A program made the translations under genes and the position numbers. Of a DNA stretch of 23,108 nt, positions 17,830 through 23,108 are shown in pieces. The notes below the pieces were generated by a model. That model saw nothing but the letters and a program-made list of their open reading frames with translations, was not told where the DNA came from and ran no database searches. The stretch is from a virus (taxonomy: Duplodnaviria; Heunggongvirae; Uroviricota; Caudoviricetes), in IMG/VR virus record IMGVR_UViG_3300028422_001686. One strand, given 5' to 3'. The first letter of the stretch is position 1. The number at the start of each line of letters is the position of its first letter.

Positions 17830-18101
17830 ATCTTATCTAACTCCGAAACTATCTGACTAAACCCTTCAAGGCATACTTCTTTTTCAGTATCACAATAGGT
17901 TGGAAGATGATTTATCGGCAACCCATCTTCATCTGTTCCAACTATTTCATTTTCCGCATTTTTTATTATAAACTGATTCATGCTTCTATCAAATTCTACA
18001 TGAAGGAAATGTATTTGACTAGCATCAAAACCATTATCAGAGATAGTCTTCAGTAATTTTTTACAAGATTTACAGTCTTTTGACAGGAAAAGTAGTTTCA
18101 T
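17817..18101 (-). CDS. Thioredoxin/glutaredoxin-fold protein (CxxC)
   Basis: 94 aa. MKLLFLSKDCKSCKKL gives a beta1-CxxC-helix arrangement; INHLPTY is a cis-Pro-type loop; LEGFSQI starts the C-terminal helix. Overlaps both neighbours. Confidence 0.78.
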   Translation of the reverse strand: MKLLFLSKDCKSCKKLLKTISDNGFDASQIHFLHVEFDRSMNQFIIKNAENEIVGTDEDGLPINHLPTYCDTEKEVCLEGFSQIVSELDKICQK

Positions 18102-19407
18102 TATGACCTACCATAAATTCTTCTCTAAAACATTCTGCCGTAGCTTTTGCTGCAGGCGATAATCGAGTAGAATATATTGAGTGAAATCCAATATCCCGAA
18201 GGTGGAGTAAAATCGCATCATAGAACGGTTTGTTGTCCAAATATCTAACAAAGTGATGGTCATCTCCTGCTAGAAGATCAATACTATTTAGGGCGTCAAA
18301 AAAATCTACTCCAAATCTTTCCTCTAGCCCTTTAGCATATATAATAGCTACAGCGTAGGCTTTTGCTGGCTGCGTTATTGCCTTGTTTAAATAGAAATAC
18401 TCAACTACATCTTTCTCAAAAAGTTCAGCTTTAGGAAAAACCTCTTCTTTTTTTTCATAATACCTATGTGTCCGATAACTAATTTCTCTTAGCCTTCTTA
18501 TTCTCTTAGGAAGAAACTGATTGTTGATTCTATCAATGAAATACCTTCCACCAAGACATTCGGTATTTGATCTGTGTTCAGCAGTACATGCATCTTTTTT
18601 CTTACACCCCTTACATATCTTTTGATCCACTTCTGCTAAATACTCTTTTTCATAATCGAGTAACTCTTTTAGAGAGTCTTTCCATACAAACAGTTCATAC
18701 CCATGAACATATACTATAGTTCCAAACTTACCATATGGAGAGATAAAGACATGGTCTTCTCTTGTTGATTTAGATTCTGTAGAATCAGGCTCTATAAGAT
18801 TGCTATTAACTACATTAAAAGGGAGATCTGAAGTTCTTGCCTTAGTTATCAATTTTCTATTGTAACCCCAGTACTCTTCCTGTGAAGGACAAATCTTTTG
18901 GTTGAACATTGTTCTAGTCATAGGCTTAACTTCAAGGTAGCTAATGCCAGTGAACTTTCTGGCTTGTTCTAACAATATCTCTGGGTCTGGCGTTTCTCTT
19001 GAATAGACTATAGTTACACCAATTGATCTTCCCGTTAAAGAAAGGCATCTCAACCTCGCATTTAATTCTTCAAAGTTATCTTTTTCAGGAATCCAACTAA
19101 AAGAAATATCGACATCTCTGCTAAATAGTAATGGAAAAGTTCGTTCTAAATTTGTAACTACAGAGATATTCTCGTCTGTAAAAAAGTTAGCTGTCTGATA
19201 AATCTCAAAAAGCTTTAAATGATCTAGCTCTGACAGTTCTCCGCCATACAAGTCTATGCCAGTTATGTGTCTATGGGCAGAGATTTCTCCTAGGCAATTA
19301 GCTAATTCATGCGGCTTAATTAAGGTTTGATCTGCTACCTTATTACCAAGGTAGCAGAAATTACAGTGTTTAGAACATTTATACGATGGAATTATACTTA
19401 CTTTCAT
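18070..19407 (-). CDS. Radical SAM enzyme with a SPASM/twitch-like Cys cluster and an extra fused C-terminal domain
   Basis: 445 aa. N-terminal CSKHCNFC (CxxxCxxC with an aromatic before the last Cys), IDLYGGE, VVTNL, HVFISPYG, then CKGCKKKDAC.AEH.....CLG. About 140 further residues contain PAKAYAVAIIYAK...FFDAL...DLL.GDD..F..Y. Confidence 0.93.
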   Translation of the reverse strand: MKVSIIPSYKCSKHCNFCYLGNKVADQTLIKPHELANCLGEISAHRHITGIDLYGGELSELDHLKLFEIYQTANFFTDENISVVTNLERTFPLLFSRDVDISFSWIPEKDNFEELNARLRCLSLTGRSIGVTIVYSRETPDPEILLEQARKFTGISYLEVKPMTRTMFNQKICPSQEEYWGYNRKLITKARTSDLPFNVVNSNLIEPDSTESKSTREDHVFISPYGKFGTIVYVHGYELFVWKDSLKELLDYEKEYLAEVDQKICKGCKKKDACTAEHRSNTECLGGRYFIDRINNQFLPKRIRRLREISYRTHRYYEKKEEVFPKAELFEKDVVEYFYLNKAITQPAKAYAVAIIYAKGLEERFGVDFFDALNSIDLLAGDDHHFVRYLDNKPFYDAILLHLRDIGFHSIYSTRLSPAAKATAECFREEFMVGHNETTFPVKRL

Positions 19408-19409
19408 TC

Positions 19410-22109
19410 CTATGAGTATAAACTCATAGTCGCAAAAGATAAAGGAAAAATATTAAAAGCATCGAAATAAACATATCCACTATTGTTGCTTACTTCTATG
19501 TATGGTCTAATATATGTTGTTCCTGTAGTAAATCTCAAAATGTTTGATGAAGAGGAGACACCATATCTCATGCCTTGTTTTACAGTCCATGCGGTAGAGC
19601 AAGAGCTTGCATTTGAAATAAATCCACCATAGTTTGTCAGTCCAGTTTTACTAGAGTTGTAATTTAACGCTCCACAACTAAAGTAAGGAGATGTAGAAGA
19701 TGCTTTTACTGAAACATATCCTCCCACGCCCATTGCAGCAAAAACAGGAATATACTCTCTTAGAACCCAAATACCATTACCAGTAACTCTCCAATGGCCA
19801 TAACCTATTTGTGAATCTGTACTTTCAATGTACTCTAGGGTTCCAGACCCAGATATTCTAGACCAGCGATAAAACTCAGATTTTTTGTTTGTATGATCTA
19901 AAATATAGAAGTCATTACTTTCTCCTAATTTTCTAGTCTTTTCAACAAAAATATTTTCACCCGTAGATGCACTTATAATGTTATTTACTACAGTATTATA
20001 CTGAATCTCTCCACTAATAACAACTTCATCAGAGGTATTTAAAAATGAGAAACCATTAGTTAGGTTTTCCAAGATCAGTTCACCTATCAGGATGTTATTG
20101 CCATCAATCTCAGCTCCAGTAGTGAAGCCATCTATAATAAAAGACTTTAATGAATTAAGTCCGTTTAAGACAAGGCATGAAGCAGGAGGTGTTGCTGATG
20201 CTACTAGAATTGTAGATAAACCTTCTCCGACAAGAGAGACTGTTGATGGAACATTTATAGTGTTGCTTATCTCATAAGACCCAGACTTAATCAGGACGGT
20301 TCCACCCTTAGCGGAGATATGATCTATCGCTTGCTGGATTACTGCATCTGTTTGTCCATTATACGTTCCAAAAGAACTAATACCATCTCCAACTGTAATT
20401 GAAATAGATCCACCATCTGACCACCCAGATCCATTATAGGTTACTAGCTTCTTAAGTTGTGGATCATATCTTGTATATCCTTCCTCTGCTGTAAGTCCAG
20501 AAGCATCTCTAGGCAGAAACACGGTTCCTTTCTTAACATATGTCGCACCAGAGAAAAGAGCATTGTCGTCTTCTGTTTTACCAAAAATTGTTCCACCAGA
20601 AACCCTTAGATCACCGTTAACAACTGTGTTTCTAGTTAAACCTGTATCGGTATTTTTTGCTCCAGAGATTTCCAGTGAAGCATTAGTAAAGTTTTGAGTT
20701 AATGAACCTCTACCATATGAAGCAGTAAAATCTGACACCCTTTTGTATCTGGCCTCTGCTCCATCCTCATGTTTCCCAAAGATAACGGCGTAACTATCAT
20801 CTTCTATATTATAACAAGGAACTTCATCTGATGGACCAGTAAATTTAGACCCAACAACAAAATCACCTCTAAAGATATTGCTACCACTACCTGTATCTGT
20901 TGAATTATAACCACTCCTATGAAGATACATAGAGTGGTCATTTCCACTTATTTTAGAAACGCCGTAGTATGTTTGTCTATCCTCAATATCTCCTTCTCCA
21001 CGTAGATTCATAAGTTCTCCGTGGTTTATCATTCTAACAATACCATCGCCCATATGGGTATGGGTATAGAAATCTCTCATAAGAGAGGAAAGAAGGGATG
21101 CATAAGATGTACCAGAGACGACTACAAGATAGTTTCCATCGACATCTAGGGTTACGTCTGAAGCGAATTGAACAATAAATTCAAATCTTCTTTGTGGTTG
21201 AGAGGTTGCCGCCCTAAAAAGCACCGCCCCATCAATTGATTTTTTTGTTGACCAATCATAGATTTTAATTAAATTTAATGGAATTTCTTTTCCAACACCT
21301 GTTTCTGAGTCAGACTCTTCAAGGTCATATCCATCCTCATCAAAAAAGAAATCTGGAAGAGAGTATCTTTCTTCTCCAGAACCCAGTGATGACTGGGTGT
21401 TGCTTAGTGAAATATCTCCAATTTCACCATTCCTATCATAAGCTTTAGTAATGTATGGTAAGGATATTGTATAGATATTTTGAGTTGAATCATTTACAGA
21501 TACTGTAACAAATGGTCCACCAGTCACAGCCTGTGCGATAGATGGAATTGTATTAAATGTTGAAGATGCTCCAGATGATCCTTGACCAGAATAAACTGAC
21601 CTAAAAATAACTGTTCCACCTGTTGAAGGAGAATGTGTAATCAACTTTCTACTTGCTAGAAGATTCCCATTAATTGGTTGACCGATTTCAATTGTCCAAT
21701 CGCCCTCTTCTAGAATTTCTTCTTTTGTTTCTTTATAGCTTCCAGGAGTTACTGATCCATCTGTACTGGCAACAATTAGCCCATCATACCCATCTGTAAT
21801 GATAGGAATAAGATCTAACTCATGTTCGACCTTGTTCACCCCTAGTGTTTGAATATAGTTTTGACGAATAACATTCCCAAGGATAAATGGAGAGAGCAAA
21901 TCTCTGTTCCCTAGGTCCCTAGAAAAGTTGGAAAACCATCCATTTGTATGTCCAGCAGAATGACCAAAGGCATCACCAATTGTTGCCGACAAATAATCAA
22001 ATGCTTCTTCAGACTGAACATTCATTCCAGTAAGTTTCTCGTCAGTAGGTTTTTCGCCTACGCTAAAAGACACTTCTGATGGAATAAGATTCTTGAGTTT
22101 ATCTTCCAT
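19410..22109 (-). CDS. Tailspike/receptor-binding-like protein with a short beta-helix and a C-terminal carbohydrate-binding-like sandwich
   Basis: 899 aa. N-terminal FSVGEKPTDEKL anchor, HTH/NHGEL/NDH His motifs, and RYDPQLKKLVTYNGSGW. TVGDG...DAVIQQAIDHISAKGGTVLIKSGSYEISNTINVPSTVSLVGEG matches the classic start of a pectate-lyase-3-type beta-helix. C-terminal YIPV...FTTGTTYIRPY..N. Confidence 0.82.
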   Translation of the reverse strand: MEDKLKNLIPSEVSFSVGEKPTDEKLTGMNVQSEEAFDYLSATIGDAFGHSAGHTNGWFSNFSRDLGNRDLLSPFILGNVIRQNYIQTLGVNKVEHELDLIPIITDGYDGLIVASTDGSVTPGSYKETKEEILEEGDWTIEIGQPINGNLLASRKLITHSPSTGGTVIFRSVYSGQGSSGASSTFNTIPSIAQAVTGGPFVTVSVNDSTQNIYTISLPYITKAYDRNGEIGDISLSNTQSSLGSGEERYSLPDFFFDEDGYDLEESDSETGVGKEIPLNLIKIYDWSTKKSIDGAVLFRAATSQPQRRFEFIVQFASDVTLDVDGNYLVVVSGTSYASLLSSLMRDFYTHTHMGDGIVRMINHGELMNLRGEGDIEDRQTYYGVSKISGNDHSMYLHRSGYNSTDTGSGSNIFRGDFVVGSKFTGPSDEVPCYNIEDDSYAVIFGKHEDGAEARYKRVSDFTASYGRGSLTQNFTNASLEISGAKNTDTGLTRNTVVNGDLRVSGGTIFGKTEDDNALFSGATYVKKGTVFLPRDASGLTAEEGYTRYDPQLKKLVTYNGSGWSDGGSISITVGDGISSFGTYNGQTDAVIQQAIDHISAKGGTVLIKSGSYEISNTINVPSTVSLVGEGLSTILVASATPPASCLVLNGLNSLKSFIIDGFTTGAEIDGNNILIGELILENLTNGFSFLNTSDEVVISGEIQYNTVVNNIISASTGENIFVEKTRKLGESNDFYILDHTNKKSEFYRWSRISGSGTLEYIESTDSQIGYGHWRVTGNGIWVLREYIPVFAAMGVGGYVSVKASSTSPYFSCGALNYNSSKTGLTNYGGFISNASSCSTAWTVKQGMRYGVSSSSNILRFTTGTTYIRPYIEVSNNSGYVYFDAFNIFPLSFATMSLYS

Positions 22110-22121
22110 TATTTTATCCTT

Positions 22122-23108
22122 TTATACCACTTTTTGATAACTATAATAAATTGATATTTCACTTCCAGCAGGAAGAATGTAGGAGTCCCATTTTATTTTT
22201 GACAGGTCTCCTGTATTGTCTATCTTCCATGCTACGGCTTTTCTTCCATTAATTTTAAGATCTACAGTATAGCTTAAAACATTTCCATGCTCTAGGGTTA
22301 TTGTATCTGTATCTTCACTTGTAGTAAAGACCATACTATTTATACCAGGGTTAATTGAAATATAGGTGGCTCTTCCAATTTCAGAGCTACTGTAGTTTAC
22401 TAAAGGAATAGGTATTGTCCACTCTCCAATTTGTGTTTCTGCATACTTAACCTTGGTCGTCGCAATGGATGATTCAGTAATTACGCCGTTTGTTTCAGAT
22501 GTGGCTCTTGCTTGTATTGCCTTTGTACAGACAATAGAGTACCCTCTTAGGTTTGGGTCATAATTTGGCTCAGTGTCAGAAAATGGTTGAGGTAAACTTT
22601 GGTCAAAAATAACAACTTTGTTATTAATAGACGATGGTCTCAATACTTCATTTTGTCCTGACTCTTCATTATAATAACTTATAACTTTGTATACTCCGCC
22701 CGTTCTAGTTTCTGGGTCATAGGGAAGGTAAACATCGCCAAGATCATATATCCCAAATAAATAAATGTCCCCTGGCTCATCGGTAATCACCTCTGGACAG
22801 AAGATAATATTGTTTATTAACTCAGATGAGGTAGATCCTATCGCGCTATCATTTGCCACTCCAAGTCCACTGTCTGATTCTTCAAAAAGATCTATTTTAA
22901 GCGTCATATCTTCTGTACTAGAAGATGGATAGTAGGTAACCCTTGCTTCTCCAGAAAAATTAGTTATAGCTGTGCTAGAGCTTAGAGTTCCTCCAGATGT
23001 TCCAAGTAGAGTGAAGTCTACTTCTGCTAAAGGGACACTCTCTCCGTCAATATCAGTAACTCTAGCTATCAACTCTGCTGAACCTAATGTATTGATCTCA
23101 GAAACAGA
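22122..23108 (-). CDS. Structural protein with a Big_1 (invasin/intimin-type) Ig-like domain; 5'-truncated by the window edge
   Basis: The frame stays open past the called TTG at 23072 to the window end (SVSEINTLGSAELIARV...). AELIARVTDIDGESVPLAEVDFTL...GTLSSSTAITNFSGEARVTY matches the Big_1 pattern. Confidence 0.85.
   Translation of the reverse strand, partial: SVSEINTLGSAELIARVTDIDGESVPLAEVDFTLLGTSGGTLSSSTAITNFSGEARVTYYPSSSTEDMTLKIDLFEESDSGLGVANDSAIGSTSSELINNIIFCPEVITDEPGDIYLFGIYDLGDVYLPYDPETRTGGVYKVISYYNEESGQNEVLRPSSINNKVVIFDQSLPQPFSDTEPNYDPNLRGYSIVCTKAIQARATSETNGVITESSIATTKVKYAETQIGEWTIPIPLVNYSSSEIGRATYISINPGINSMVFTTSEDTDTITLEHGNVLSYTVDLKINGRKAVAWKIDNTGDLSKIKWDSYILPAGSEISIYYSYQKVV

Larger units (their letters stand above)
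1..23108 (-). mobile_element. Structural (baseplate/fibre/tailspike) gene module of a large tailed phage or prophage
   Basis: About 16 co-oriented genes with overlapping or 2-12 nt gaps and only one intergenic region over 80 nt. No housekeeping genes. Proteins carry motifs typical of virion fibres and baseplates (HxH, Big_1, FN3, beta-helix, FGxxxxGKKP). No capsid, terminase or integrase in the window. Confidence 0.85.

Noticed and set aside
18070-19407. Assigning the radical SAM to a known family (NrdG/PflA activase, QueE, MoaA, anaerobic sulfatase maturase)
   Set aside because: The length, the C-terminal Cys cluster plus extra domain, and the absence of cognate partner genes in the window do not support a specific assignment.
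2657-20277. All plus-strand ORFs in the track (e.g. 2657..2974, 3851..4057, 8367..8612, 9109..9297, 9624..9818, 10654..10848, 11203..11427, 11698..11943, 16196..16495, 20092..20277)
   Set aside because: They are short, lie fully antisense to long motif-bearing genes, and have the Ser/Ile/Phe-rich composition typical of shadow ORFs.
1-23108. Stop-codon reassignment (TAG or TGA recoding, as in some large phages)
   Set aside because: The standard code already gives near-complete coding density, and TAG-ended genes are followed at once by new starts in other frames.
1-23108. CRISPR array, tRNA, diversity-generating retroelement repeats or an invertible fibre cassette
   Set aside because: There is almost no non-coding space, I noticed no long near-identical DNA repeats, and no reverse transcriptase or recombinase is present. 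The repeats found are protein-level and diverged.

Overview
AT-rich window (about one-third GC in a spot count) holding one tightly packed, all-minus-strand run of about 16 genes. They read as the virion structural module (baseplate, fibre, tailspike, decoration) of a large tailed phage or prophage, probably a myovirus; no capsid, sheath, terminase or integrase is in view, so a phage-derived tail-like machine cannot be excluded. Most products are large acidic proteins with recognisable virion motifs: His-based trimer motifs, AVTxxKI decapeptide repeats, Big_1 Ig, FN3, a CBM5/12-like module, a beta-helix start and a baseplate-wedge FGxxxxGKxP motif. The ORF track misses a >=695-aa gene running off the left edge (1..2085) and a 50-aa gene (4154..4306), and the rightmost gene is 5'-truncated. 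The most striking element is a radical SAM enzyme (CxxxCxxC, a SPASM-like Cys cluster and an extra fused C-terminal domain) plus a CxxC thioredoxin-fold gene, wedged with overlaps between a tailspike-like gene and a baseplate-like gene. This is a candidate system for chemically modifying or maturing virion proteins. Also notable are three tandem paralogous large structural proteins, several domains shared or nested between genes, and one fibre gene with signs of high expression followed by the only terminator. All family assignments come from motif recognition by eye, not from database searches.
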